Positions 1 to 9,464 of a DNA stretch of 64,000 nucleotides are shown here, piece after piece. Where the stretch lies: assembly GCA_035458985.1 (NCBI GenBank), contig DATHYR010000344.1, positions 22,793-86,792 on the forward strand. The letters run 5' to 3'. Every line of letters starts with the position of its first letter. Position 1 is the first letter of the stretch. Source of the stretch: Pseudomonadales bacterium (GTDB lineage Bacteria > Pseudomonadota > Gammaproteobacteria > Pseudomonadales > JAHEIH01). The translations under genes and the position numbers were made by a program. The notes beneath the pieces were generated by a model that saw nothing but the letters and a program-made list of their open reading frames with translations, did no database searches and was not told the origin of the DNA.

Positions 1-225
1 ATCACCCATTTCAAAGGCTGTGGCAAGCTGAGAGGCGGCTTTTTGATTGTCATTTACTTGATCAATAGCCTTCACCATCATATCGCTAAAATTGCTTTTC
101 TCGGCAGGATTGATACCCTGCAACGGATTAACGTCTGCGCCGCCAACAGGAATGCCCTGCGACTCCGCTTTAAGCGCGCGCATTTGCATGAGAACTTGGT
201 TAATATCCACACGGTTGGTAACCAC
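1..225 (-). CDS. fliE: Flagellar hook-basal body complex protein FliE (5' part; 3' end lies left of the window)
   Basis: Absent from the ORF track because it runs off the window edge. Reverse-strand translation from GTG at 225 gives VVTNRVDINQVLMQMRALKAESQGIPVGG...NFSDMMVKAIDQVNDNQKAASQLATAFEMGD, which fits the conserved FliE core (SFxxML..A.D.VN..Q.....AFE.G). An AGGAG Shine-Dalgarno (SD) sequence lies just upstream, and the frame is open to position 1. Confidence 0.8.
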   Translation of the reverse strand, partial: MVTNRVDINQVLMQMRALKAESQGIPVGGADVNPLQGINPAEKSNFSDMMVKAIDQVNDNQKAASQLATAFEMGD

Positions 226-270
226 GACACACTCCTAAGAAACTGTTAAACGCTGTTTTAAGGAGTTCTT

Positions 271-287
271 TGCATAAATTAGACCAA
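271..287 (-). promoter_or_regulatory. Candidate sigma-54 (RpoN) promoter for fliE
   Basis: The minus strand reads TTGGTCTAATTTATGCA, with GG and GC separated by exactly 10 nt (consensus TGGCAC-N5-TTGCW). It lies about 47 nt upstream of the fliE GTG. fliE is RpoN-dependent in Pseudomonas and Vibrio (from memory). Confidence 0.5.
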
Positions 288-369
288 GACTCTTAACACC
301 TTGAGTTTCATTGGGTTAACAACTTACATTCAGCATTAACGTGATCAAGAAGCGGAGAATGCCGAAAAT

Positions 370-1614
370 TTGACGAAAGGATTTCGATTGACCGAACTGC
401 AACAAACGCTCCAAGCCTTGGCAAACGCCTTGCAAAATTCTCGTCAACTTTGGGCGCCGGAACCGTTCTTGTTAACAGAGGCGCCCTGGACAAACTCGCA
501 TCCAGAGATGCAACAAGCCTTACTCGCGCTCGATCAAACAGACGTAAATGCCATGTTACAAGATAGTGCTTACAGCGAAGCATGGTGTGCGGAACACCTT
601 CCATCTCTGTTTGTCGAACTTCGGCGTTGGCAGCCAGAGCTACTGTCGCCCACATTTGGTACTCACCATGATCCCATGGCGCTTGGTATTGGTGGGCGTA
701 AATGGCAGCAAATTGAAGCCTTCAAACAAAGCATGCACACTTTGCCTGCCGTGATCAACATCGCTGATTGGTGTGGAGGAAAAGGCTATTTAGCCGGATA
801 TCTCTCCGCCCACCTAGGGTGTCAAGTAGATTGTCTCGAGATCGATACCAATCTTTGCGCCGAGGGTTTTGATCGCGTCGACCAATTCAATTTACCTGTA
901 AAATTTCATCGCTGCGATGTACTTCAACCAATCAGTGACACCATACTCATGAATAATGAAAGGCACGTGGCTCTTCATGCCTGTGGTGAATTACACCGCA
1001 GCATGTGGCGACAAACGCTTGGTCGCGCCGAGCAAGTGTGCCTTTCTCCTTGCTGTTATCATCTTGGCGCAACTGATGACTTTCATCTTTCTGAGGCCGC
1101 TAAACACGCCGGATTACACCTTAGCGCCAAAGAAATGCGTATCCCATTACTTGAAACCGTTACAGGTGGACAGCAAGCAATTAACAGCCGCCGACAGGAG
1201 CAGATTTGGCGATTAGCATACGAGACATGGCGCATTGAAGAAACCGGAGACACTCACTATCGCCCCCTGCGCTCGTTGAGCAAACGGTTTTTCAAACAAG
1301 ATCCAGGTAAATTTTTTGAATGGGCCGCCACTCAACATGCTTTAAGATTTAATCGCCATCAGGACATCGACGCCTATCTAGACGCGGGAAGACGCCGGTT
1401 TGAGATGAGCGAACGCTTAGGGATTATCAGACAAGGATTAAAGCGCTACTTGGAGTATTTTATTGTCCTCGATCTCGCGTGCTACGCCGAAGAACAAGGC
1501 TACTCGGTACGTGTCGTTGAGTTTTGCCCCAAGCATTTAACCCCACGCAATTTAGCCGTTTTGGCGCAACGCCCATTTGATCCGACCATTATCCCAAGCC
1601 TATTCAGAGAGTAA
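370..1614 (+). CDS. Class I SAM-dependent methyltransferase, Methyltransf_32-like, unknown substrate
   Basis: 414 aa ORF with a TTG start. Contains a glycine-rich SAM motif (DWCGGKGYLAGYL), an acidic loop (LEID) and the ALHACGELH motif typical of the Methyltransf_32 family. The N- and C-terminal extensions are unassigned. Confidence 0.7.
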   Translation: MTKGFRLTELQQTLQALANALQNSRQLWAPEPFLLTEAPWTNSHPEMQQALLALDQTDVNAMLQDSAYSEAWCAEHLPSLFVELRRWQPELLSPTFGTHHDPMALGIGGRKWQQIEAFKQSMHTLPAVINIADWCGGKGYLAGYLSAHLGCQVDCLEIDTNLCAEGFDRVDQFNLPVKFHRCDVLQPISDTILMNNERHVALHACGELHRSMWRQTLGRAEQVCLSPCCYHLGATDDFHLSEAAKHAGLHLSAKEMRIPLLETVTGGQQAINSRRQEQIWRLAYETWRIEETGDTHYRPLRSLSKRFFKQDPGKFFEWAATQHALRFNRHQDIDAYLDAGRRRFEMSERLGIIRQGLKRYLEYFIVLDLACYAEEQGYSVRVVEFCPKHLTPRNLAVLAQRPFDPTIIPSLFRE

Positions 1615-1674
1615 CATCGACTGTCGCTGGTGCTAGTCTCAACATGAAAAATGGAAGCAGGCGACAGTGTGACG

Positions 1675-1974
1675 TCAATCGTGCTTAAAGCGTTTATTCT
1701 TCAGGCAAAACTCTTTCGGTGTCAGCTCATCAGGCTTGAGACCGGCACTAAAGTCATTGAGTACCTGTTCCATGAAATCTAACTCGTTTTGGTCAGCGCC
1801 CGGATCTTTACGGTCCTTGGCTATCGCTATCCGCAAGATATTTTCGTGCGGAGCATCTTCTTCCAATAACTGGTTATACAAGTACTGGTATCGAGAACAA
1901 TACAGCTGGTCGCCACCACTACAAGCAAGCAGAGTCAAACACAGCAGTGAGATGTACGTCGCGCGATAAATCAT
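1675..1974 (-). CDS. Small hypothetical lipoprotein
   Basis: 99 aa ORF with a signal peptide and lipobox (LLCLTLLAC-SGG). I recognise no family. It sits between convergent and co-directional neighbours. Confidence 0.5.
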   Translation of the reverse strand: MIYRATYISLLCLTLLACSGGDQLYCSRYQYLYNQLLEEDAPHENILRIAIAKDRKDPGADQNELDFMEQVLNDFSAGLKPDELTPKEFCLKNKRFKHD

Positions 1975-2036
1975 TAACTACTCCAACGTAGGTTATCCAA
2001 CCTATCGGCGACGTGAATGAGAACCTTAAGCGATAG

Positions 2037-2921
2037 TTATTTTACCGCTTGTTGTGCCAGCATAATGGCCCCCACCAAGCCAGCCTCTGGGGCAAGCTGA
2101 GGAAGCACAATATAATCGATGGCAGCACCCGAGCCAGGAAGGGGTAAGTAGTCACCCCACATGTTCTCAAATTGTTCAGCGACACGTTCAATAAGGCCTG
2201 GTTTTTGACTCACGCCCCCACCAAGGATGATCTTTTGGGGTGACAGAGTTGACGTTAGATTGACACACATCGCGGCCAAATAAAACGCCTGAATATCCCA
2301 TGCGATATGATCGTCTCCCAGAGTTTCAGCGGGTACACCCCAGCGTGCCTTCATCGAGGGCCCAGCAGCCAAGCCTTCTAAACACCCACCGTGAAAGGGG
2401 CAGGCACCAGGAAAATCACTATCCTCGGGATGACGGGGTAACAGCATATGACCTACTTCAGGATGAATACCGCCTTTTACCAACTGACCACCACTGATAA
2501 TACCGCCACCAATACCGGTGCCTATGGTCACATAGACCACATTATCACAGCCTTGACCGGCACCGGCTGCATGTTCAGCAATCACAGCGGTATTGACATC
2601 CGTTTCTACTATCACGGGAATATTAAACGACTGCTTCAAAGAGCCAAGGAAATCAAAATGGCTCCAGCCCGGTTTCGGTGTTTTAAGGAACTGGCCGTAG
2701 GTCGCACTTGAAGGATCAATATTAATTGGACCAAAACTACCAATACCCAAACTGACCATTGCACCATGTTCCTTCTCCGCACGGAGAAAAAACTCGACAA
2801 CATCTATCAAGGTCGTATCAGGATCACGGGTAGGAAATTGTGTCTTTGCAACAACGACACCCTCAGCATTGGCCAAGGCACAGTTAAACTTTGTTCCACC
2901 TGCTTCGATTGCACCGAACAT
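2037..2921 (-). CDS. ROK-family fructokinase (Mak-like)
   Basis: N-terminal ATP motif MFGAIEAGGTKF, plus ROK glycine-rich and Cys/His motifs (PEVGHM...CPFHGGCLEG). I trimmed the start to the ATG at 2921, which has AAGGGA 5 nt upstream; the track starts at a TTG at 2936. Confidence 0.85.
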   Translation of the reverse strand: MFGAIEAGGTKFNCALANAEGVVVAKTQFPTRDPDTTLIDVVEFFLRAEKEHGAMVSLGIGSFGPINIDPSSATYGQFLKTPKPGWSHFDFLGSLKQSFNIPVIVETDVNTAVIAEHAAGAGQGCDNVVYVTIGTGIGGGIISGGQLVKGGIHPEVGHMLLPRHPEDSDFPGACPFHGGCLEGLAAGPSMKARWGVPAETLGDDHIAWDIQAFYLAAMCVNLTSTLSPQKIILGGGVSQKPGLIERVAEQFENMWGDYLPLPGSGAAIDYIVLPQLAPEAGLVGAIMLAQQAVK

Positions 2922-2940
2922 ATACATCCCTTTCAAAAAA

Positions 2941-3972
2941 TTAGTGTTGTTTCACGCTCGACTGACGCACCACGAGGGTGGTTTCCAGCAGACTTGAATG
3001 GACCACGTCACCGTCGAGTAAGGCGAGTAATTTTTCGACCAACAAACGACCACCAAGCTCGCGATCTTGTCTTATCGATGAAATGGGCGGTACGTAATAG
3101 CCTGCCAAAGAAATATCATCATAGCCAACCACTGACACATCGTCAGGAATCCTGATGTTCTCGACCGCTAGTGCGCGTATCGCCGCCATCGCTAAAATAT
3201 CGCTAATCGCGAATAATCCATCAAAGCGAAGGCCATTTACATAGCTCATTTGAATGGCTTTGAGACCACCATTTTTGCCTGGCTCAGGCATGATAATCAG
3301 TGATTCATCAAAGGCGTAACCGGCGTCGGACAAGGCTTTTTTATAGCCCTCAAACCGCATCGAACCTTCAACTGTTGTATGATCGCCAAGAAACGCAATG
3401 CGTTGTTTTCCCAGACTTATCAAATGGCGAGTGGCCTCAAAGCCGCCCTTGAAGTTATCTCCACCTACCGAAATGTAACGCTGATCTTCAAGCTTACCGC
3501 CCCATACCACCATGGCATGATTATAACTGGCCAATTCATTTAACTGCTGATGAATATCCGCCTGACCAATAAAGATCATGCCATCACAATGACTTTGTGA
3601 AACAAGCTCATCAATACCGTGTTCCGAACTTAGTTTGGCAGATGACAATAACAACTCATGACCGCGCTCATTCAAAGCCACAGCAATAGAACCTAACAAC
3701 TCGAGAAAAAAGGGATCATTAATTTGCCACTTGCTTTGGCTCGAAGGTACCATTAAGCCAATGGTCAAACTTTGCTTAGTACGAAAGTTTCTCGCCTTGG
3801 TATTAATGCGATAGTTATGCTCGCGGGCTAGCGAGGCGATACGATCACGGGTTTCTTTATTAACCAGCTCATTGCCTGCGAGGGCGCGCGAAACGGTTGA
3901 CTTCGAAACACCAGCGATCAGCGCAAGATCCGACATTTTCGTGATCTTGGGCTTTGCGTTGGTCTTAGGCAT
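2941..3972 (-). CDS. LacI-family transcriptional regulator
   Basis: N-terminal helix-turn-helix (HTH) motif MSDLALIAGVSKSTVSRAL, followed by a periplasmic-binding-protein-like sugar-binding core. Only 4 nt lie upstream of the fructokinase ORF. Confidence 0.9.
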   Translation of the reverse strand: MPKTNAKPKITKMSDLALIAGVSKSTVSRALAGNELVNKETRDRIASLAREHNYRINTKARNFRTKQSLTIGLMVPSSQSKWQINDPFFLELLGSIAVALNERGHELLLSSAKLSSEHGIDELVSQSHCDGMIFIGQADIHQQLNELASYNHAMVVWGGKLEDQRYISVGGDNFKGGFEATRHLISLGKQRIAFLGDHTTVEGSMRFEGYKKALSDAGYAFDESLIIMPEPGKNGGLKAIQMSYVNGLRFDGLFAISDILAMAAIRALAVENIRIPDDVSVVGYDDISLAGYYVPPISSIRQDRELGGRLLVEKLLALLDGDVVHSSLLETTLVVRQSSVKQH

Positions 3973-3980
3973 GTTATGAA

Positions 3981-4385
3981 CTACTCGTTATTATTGAACC
4001 GTTCGGCAATTACACGACAAATTTCAATATTTGCCGCAGGAAAGTCCACATATCCTAATTGATTAATAGCATACCATGCAACCGGTTGCTGTTCTTTTCC
4101 AACCGGTTGCCCCTCAAAGGCGTCTACTAGGTATGTATCAAGTAGCACGGTTTTGTCGCCGTAGTCGTGTTTTACTTGGCACAATGGAAAACACGACAGC
4201 ACACGAATGCCTAATTCCTCGTGTAACTCTCTTTTCAAGGCTTGAGGAACAGACTCCCCATTTTCGACCTTTCCACCGGGAAACTCCCACTTCCCCCCCT
4301 GATGGACATGATCAGGACGCTGACTGAGAAGAATGTGGAAATTATCATCGACAATAACGCCGACGGCGACGTGAACTAGCGTCAT
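3981..4385 (-). CDS. mutT: Nudix hydrolase, MutT-like 8-oxo-dGTP diphosphatase
   Basis: Complete Nudix box GKWEFPGGKVENGESVPQALKRELHEELGI. Size (134 aa) is typical of MutT. Confidence 0.8.
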   Translation of the reverse strand: MTLVHVAVGVIVDDNFHILLSQRPDHVHQGGKWEFPGGKVENGESVPQALKRELHEELGIRVLSCFPLCQVKHDYGDKTVLLDTYLVDAFEGQPVGKEQQPVAWYAINQLGYVDFPAANIEICRVIAERFNNNE

Positions 4386-4387
4386 CG

Positions 4388-4684
4388 CTAGTCGTCAGAT
4401 TGCAAACTCGCGTTAACGCGATCTCTTAATTCTTTACCGGGCTTAAAATGAGGCACGTATTTGCCATCGAGCTGGACAGCTTCACCGGTTTTTGGGTTAC
4501 GGCCACGACGTGGCTCGCGATAGTGCAAAGAAAAACTGCCAAAGCCACGAATTTCTATGCGATTACCCGAGGATAATGACTCAGACATCTGTTCAATTAA
4601 CGACTTAACTGCCAGTTCTACGTCTTTCGTAGACAACTGTAACTGACGAGCGGCAATTTTTTCGATAAGTTCTGATTTGGTCAT
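4388..4684 (-). CDS. ihfB: Integration host factor subunit beta
   Basis: [11 protein letters not shown]...[45 protein letters not shown] is the canonical IHF-beta sequence. Its position downstream of rpsA is the conserved one. Confidence 0.97.
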   Translation of the reverse strand: MTKSELIEKIAARQLQLSTKDVELAVKSLIEQMSESLSSGNRIEIRGFGSFSLHYREPRRGRNPKTGEAVQLDGKYVPHFKPGKELRDRVNASLQSDD

Positions 4685-4703
4685 TTGAGAAACCTCAAGT
4701 AAG

Positions 4704-4725
4704 ACCGGGGCCCTAGGGCCCCGGT
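4704..4725 (-). terminator. GC-rich hairpin between rpsA and ihfB (partial terminator or processing site)
   Basis: Perfect palindrome ACCGGGGCCCTAGGGCCCCGGT lies 12 nt after the rpsA stop. Only a weak U-tract follows, so the call is tentative. Confidence 0.4.
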
Positions 4726-4737
4726 AACGACGGATAA

Positions 4738-6402
4738 TTACTTATCCATCTCAGCTTTCAACAGGTCACCTAAGGTCGCTGCAGGGACAGCTTCTTGTTG
4801 GTGAGCCTTGATAGCGTCTTTCTCTTCTGCAATGTCCTTAGCCTTAATAGACAAGCCAATGACACGGTTTTTACGATCAACGCTAACAATCTTGCACTCG
4901 ACTTCTTCGCCTTCTTTCAGGGCGTTACGCGCATCTTCAACACGCTCACGGCTGATTTCAGACGCCTTCAACGTACCTTCAACGTCATCTGCCAGTGTAA
5001 TCACAGCAGCTTTAGCGTCAACTTCTTTGACAGTACCTGTAACGATGGCACCTTTGTCGAACTCAGAAACGTAATTGCTGAAGGGGTCATTCTCTAACTG
5101 CTTGATACCCAGTGAAATACGCTCACGCTCAGGATCAATCGACAGAATTACAGTGTCAATCATGTCGCCTTTCTTGTAATTGCGAACGGCTTCTTCACCC
5201 GTTTCGTTCCAAGAAATGTCAGACAAATGAACCAGACCATCGATGTTGCCATCGAGACCAATGAAGATACCGAAGTCAGTAATTGACTTGATAGCGCCAG
5301 AGATCTTGTCGCCTTTAGCATGCAATTCGCCAAACGCATCCCATGGGTTTTGCTGGCACTGCTTGATACCCAATGAAATGCGACGACGCTCTTCATCGAT
5401 ATCCAAAACCATCACTTCTACTTCGTCGCCCAACTGAACAACTTTAGAGGGGTGTACGTTTTTGTTGGTCCAATCCATTTCAGAAACGTGTACCAAACCT
5501 TCCACGCCTTCTTCGATTTCAGCAAAACAGCCATAGTCTGTCAGATTTGTGACTTTGGCGGTGGTGCGCGCACCTTCTGGGTAACGCTTAGTAATAGCTA
5601 CCCATGGATCTTCACCCAACTGCTTAAGACCCAGCGACACACGATTGCGGTCGCGATCGAACTTTAATACTTTAACATCGATTTCATCACCAACATTGAC
5701 GATTTCGCTTGGGTGCTTAATGCGCTTCCAAGCCATATCAGTGATGTGCAACAGACCGTCTACACCACCCAAATCGACGAATGCGCCGTAATCGGTCAAG
5801 TTCTTAACGATACCTTTAACCGCGGCACCTTCTTGCAACGTTGCCAACAGAGCATCGCGCTCTTCAGTATTTGCCGCTTCCATAACCGCGCGACGCGAAA
5901 CAACAACGTTATTGCGTTTCTGGTCAAGCTTAATAACGCGGAACTCCAACTCTTTACCTTCAAGGTGAGTTGTTTCGCGCACTGGACGTACGTCAACCAA
6001 TGAGCCGGGTAAGAAGGCACGGATACCGTTAAGTTCAACAGTGAAGCCACCTTTGACTTTACCATTGATAACACCTTTAACCACTTCGTCAGATTCAAAA
6101 GCTTTCTCGAGATCAATCCAAGACTCTGCACGCTTAGCTTTCTCACGTGACAAACGGGTTTCACCAAAGCCATCCTCAACGCTTTCCAGCGCTACTTGAA
6201 CTTCGTCGCCAATCTGCAGATTGAGCTTGCCGTTCTCGTCAACGAATTGGCTTTTTGGAATCACGCCTTCAGATTTCAGGCCTGCGTGAACAGTTACCCA
6301 ATCAGAGTCGATATCGATGACAACACCGGTCACAATCGCGCCAGGTTGCATATCGATGGTTTTCAAACTTTCTTCAAATAGTTCAGCGAAATTTTCGCTC
6401 AT
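4738..6402 (-). CDS. rpsA: 30S ribosomal protein S1
   Basis: 554 aa with six S1 repeats. Begins [13 protein letters not shown]...GAIVTGVV. Confidence 0.98.
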   Translation of the reverse strand: MSENFAELFEESLKTIDMQPGAIVTGVVIDIDSDWVTVHAGLKSEGVIPKSQFVDENGKLNLQIGDEVQVALESVEDGFGETRLSREKAKRAESWIDLEKAFESDEVVKGVINGKVKGGFTVELNGIRAFLPGSLVDVRPVRETTHLEGKELEFRVIKLDQKRNNVVVSRRAVMEAANTEERDALLATLQEGAAVKGIVKNLTDYGAFVDLGGVDGLLHITDMAWKRIKHPSEIVNVGDEIDVKVLKFDRDRNRVSLGLKQLGEDPWVAITKRYPEGARTTAKVTNLTDYGCFAEIEEGVEGLVHVSEMDWTNKNVHPSKVVQLGDEVEVMVLDIDEERRRISLGIKQCQQNPWDAFGELHAKGDKISGAIKSITDFGIFIGLDGNIDGLVHLSDISWNETGEEAVRNYKKGDMIDTVILSIDPERERISLGIKQLENDPFSNYVSEFDKGAIVTGTVKEVDAKAAVITLADDVEGTLKASEISRERVEDARNALKEGEEVECKIVSVDRKNRVIGLSIKAKDIAEEKDAIKAHQQEAVPAATLGDLLKAEMDK

Positions 6403-6519
6403 TAGTCAGTACCTTTAATAAACCGCATTACCAGCAACACGGGTCAGTTCACAGTGCGCGTACGTAAGTACACAATCATCTGCAACTCAGCTGGTCGTTG
6501 CAAACGACAAAAAATAAAT

Positions 6520-7224
6520 TTACTTGCTTTTATCTGCTGCGATCATGCCGCGATTTGCAAGCATCATGAGGACTTTTTCGAAAACTTCGTCAATAGACAT
6601 TAATGAACTATCGATCATTTCCGCATCCTCTGCTGGACGCAATGGCGCCACCGCTCGATTCATATCGCGATCGTCGCGGGCTTGTATGTCATCCAAAAGG
6701 GCCGAGAGATTAACATTTTGGCCCTTCTCTTTCAACTGCTTGTAGCGTCTTTGCGCTCTTTCCTCGACACTGGCTGTCAAATAAATCTTCAATGGCGCCT
6801 CAGGAAATACCACGGTACCCATGTCGCGGCCATCAGCCACCAACCCTGGCGCCCTTTGAAATTCACGCTGTCGAGACAATAACGCCGCTCTCACCGATGG
6901 CAAAGCCGCCACTCTTGATGCCGCCTCACCCGTCTCTGGAAGACGAATATCCAGCGAGACATCCACACCCTCGAGCATCACTTTCGGCTCTTTGCCGGTG
7001 GTCACGAGAAATTCTATATCTAAGTGCGCCGCCAGAATGGCTAAGCTCTCCTCATTGTCTAAGTGGACACTATGGTTAATTGCCGCAAGGGCTAGAAGAC
7101 GATACAGCGCGCCGCTATCGAGAAAATGCCAACCTAAATGCTCGGCCACTTTCTGCGCAATAGTTCCCTTGCCTGAGCCACCAGGTCCATCAATCGTTAA
7201 TACCGGAAAAACGTGTCCATTCAT
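6520..7224 (-). CDS. cmk: Cytidylate kinase
   Basis: P-loop [11 protein letters not shown] and a CMP-binding region. Position between aroA and rpsA is the conserved one. Confidence 0.95.
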   Translation of the reverse strand: MNGHVFPVLTIDGPGGSGKGTIAQKVAEHLGWHFLDSGALYRLLALAAINHSVHLDNEESLAILAAHLDIEFLVTTGKEPKVMLEGVDVSLDIRLPETGEAASRVAALPSVRAALLSRQREFQRAPGLVADGRDMGTVVFPEAPLKIYLTASVEERAQRRYKQLKEKGQNVNLSALLDDIQARDDRDMNRAVAPLRPAEDAEMIDSSLMSIDEVFEKVLMMLANRGMIAADKSK

Positions 7225-7227
7225 AAT

Positions 7228-8547
7228 TTATGCTTCGATTACTTGAATGTTAAAGCCAACACTATTAGCCAACTCTACAAATCCGGGGAAGGAGGTCGCC
7301 ACATGCTCGGCACCATGAATACGAATCTCACCCTCAGCACGAAGCGCGGCGACCGCAAAGGACATGGCAATTCGGTGATCGCCATGCGACCAGATCTCGC
7401 CACCGCCTATCCGACCGGGAGTGATCACAATACCGTCTTGCGTCGGCTTGGCATCAACACCTAGCGCCAACAATCCATCCGCCATCACTTGAATGCGGTC
7501 ACTTTCCTTAACACGCAACTCCTCAGCACCCGTCAAAATGGTTTGTCCTTCGGCACAAGCCGCCGCGATGAACAACACTGGGAACTCGTCAATCGCCAGT
7601 GGCACTTGATCTTCAGGAATTTGAATACCCTTCAAAGGGGCATACTGTACGCGAATATCTGCGACGGGCTCACCACCAACCTCGCGCTCATTGAATACAT
7701 CAATACTGCCACCCATAAGACGCAGTATATTAATAATACCAATGCGGGTGGGGTTAATCCCCACATGCCGCAGAGTGAGATTTGATCCCGGTGTGATAGA
7801 CGCCGCCACCATATAAAAAGCGGCCGAAGAAATATCGGAGGGAACATCAATATTAGTTGCACTTAACTTACCGCCTCCCTGAAGGCGCACGCAGTTACCG
7901 ATGACCTCAACGGGGTAGCCAAAACCTCGCAGCATGCGTTCCGTATGGTCGCGGGTGGGGGCAGGCTCAGTGACTTCCGTTGTCCCTTCGGCGTAAAGCC
8001 CTGCCAACAGCACACAGGATTTAACTTGAGCACTCGCGATAGGCATTGGATAATTAATCGCCTTCAGCACATGACCACCTCGAACGGTCATGGGGGGACG
8101 CCCGCCCTCCTGTGTTTCCACCACGGCACCCATCTCACGCAAGGGAATCGCGACACGATTCATTGGGCGCTTTGACAGTGATGCATCACCAGTCATGGTC
8201 ACGTCAAATGACTGACCCGCCATTAAACCCGCGATTAAACGAATTGACGTCCCTGAATTTCCTAAATAGATGTCATGACTTGGCGCAGACAGGCCGTGTA
8301 ACCCAACGCCATGGATCGTGACTTCACCCTGATGCGGTCCATCAATTTTCACACCCATTGAACGAAAGGCATTTAACGTCGCTAAGGCGTCCTCACCCTC
8401 TAAAAATCCTTTCACATGCGTCGTACCTTCAGCCAACGAGCCAAGCATGATCGAACGATGAGACATGGATTTATCACCGGGCACACGAATATCACCTTCA
8501 AGGGCACCGGCGGAATTAGCAAGAAATGTAATAGATTGAGAACTCAT
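7228..8547 (-). CDS. aroA: 3-phosphoshikimate 1-carboxyvinyltransferase (EPSP synthase), class II-type motifs
   Basis: 439 aa. Contains GDKSMSHR, LGNSGTSIR, SAQVKS, RDHTE and NPTR motifs. Confidence 0.95.
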   Translation of the reverse strand: MSSQSITFLANSAGALEGDIRVPGDKSMSHRSIMLGSLAEGTTHVKGFLEGEDALATLNAFRSMGVKIDGPHQGEVTIHGVGLHGLSAPSHDIYLGNSGTSIRLIAGLMAGQSFDVTMTGDASLSKRPMNRVAIPLREMGAVVETQEGGRPPMTVRGGHVLKAINYPMPIASAQVKSCVLLAGLYAEGTTEVTEPAPTRDHTERMLRGFGYPVEVIGNCVRLQGGGKLSATNIDVPSDISSAAFYMVAASITPGSNLTLRHVGINPTRIGIINILRLMGGSIDVFNEREVGGEPVADIRVQYAPLKGIQIPEDQVPLAIDEFPVLFIAAACAEGQTILTGAEELRVKESDRIQVMADGLLALGVDAKPTQDGIVITPGRIGGGEIWSHGDHRIAMSFAVAALRAEGEIRIHGAEHVATSFPGFVELANSVGFNIQVIEA

Positions 8548-8564
8548 GTAAGCGACCTAAAAAA

Positions 8565-9464
8565 TTAGGCTCCTAAATTTTTGTATTGGGTTAAAAAATA
8601 GTCTCGCGCCTCGTTTGCACGCGTAAAGCTGGCCAGAATGGCGTCGCTATCTTTGTTTAATATCGCTGTTCGTAAAAACTCTAATTGCGTTTGCAGCTGT
8701 GCCATTCGCGCCAGCACAGCCTCACTGTTCGCAAGAAAAATATCGTGCCACATGACGGGATCACTACTGGCGATACGGGTGAAATCTTTAAAGCCGCCTG
8801 CAGCGAACTTGAAAATATCTTGGCTTTCTTGTTGCTGGGCCAGAGCATCAACAAGGGCGAACGCCAACACATGTGGCAAATGACTGGTCGCTGCTAAGAC
8901 ACGATCGTGCTCATCAACACGCATTTCACTCACGGTTGCACCACAAGCTGCCCATAATTCGGATACCACTTGAAGGGACGCAGGGTTGGTCTCAGGCAAG
9001 GGGGTCAAAATGACACGATGATCTTGATAAAGAGACGCGTCCACGGCCTCTACGCCACTCTTCTCAGAACCCGCAATGGGATGACCCAGCACCAAATGCG
9101 CCATATCAGCAGCACTTAACGTCTCTCTGGCCGCCAACTCGATACTGCCCTTAACGCTGGCACCATCGGTGACTATCACCCCGCGCGCCAACGCCGATTT
9201 GGTTTGCGCCAAGATATCGGGGACAGCCAGTGTGGGCGTAGCAATCATCACCACATCACCTGACGCCAGCTGATCAAGCGCAGAAGATAAGTCTGCCACC
9301 CCGCGATCTATCACACCGAGCTCAATAGCTCTGTGACATGTCGACGGTGAACGACTCACTCCCAAAATTTCAGAGACGACCTTGGCTTCCTTGAGGGCCT
9401 TGCCGAACGAACTACCAATAAGCCCAAGCCCAATAATAAGTACACGAGAACATATGACAGACAT
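8565..9464 (-). CDS. tyrA: Prephenate/arogenate dehydrogenase
   Basis: N-terminal Rossmann motif IIGLGLIGSS and PDH family core (HPIAGSE, SHLPH). Its start overlaps the pheA stop (TAATG). Confidence 0.9.
   Translation of the reverse strand: MSVICSRVLIIGLGLIGSSFGKALKEAKVVSEILGVSRSPSTCHRAIELGVIDRGVADLSSALDQLASGDVVMIATPTLAVPDILAQTKSALARGVIVTDGASVKGSIELAARETLSAADMAHLVLGHPIAGSEKSGVEAVDASLYQDHRVILTPLPETNPASLQVVSELWAACGATVSEMRVDEHDRVLAATSHLPHVLAFALVDALAQQQESQDIFKFAAGGFKDFTRIASSDPVMWHDIFLANSEAVLARMAQLQTQLEFLRTAILNKDSDAILASFTRANEARDYFLTQYKNLGA

Noticed and set aside
308-655. A 115 aa minus-strand ORF spanning the fliE promoter region and the methyltransferase 5' end
   Set aside because: It overlaps the better-supported methyltransferase gene antisense and would sit on top of the sigma-54 promoter. 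It has no recognisable motif.
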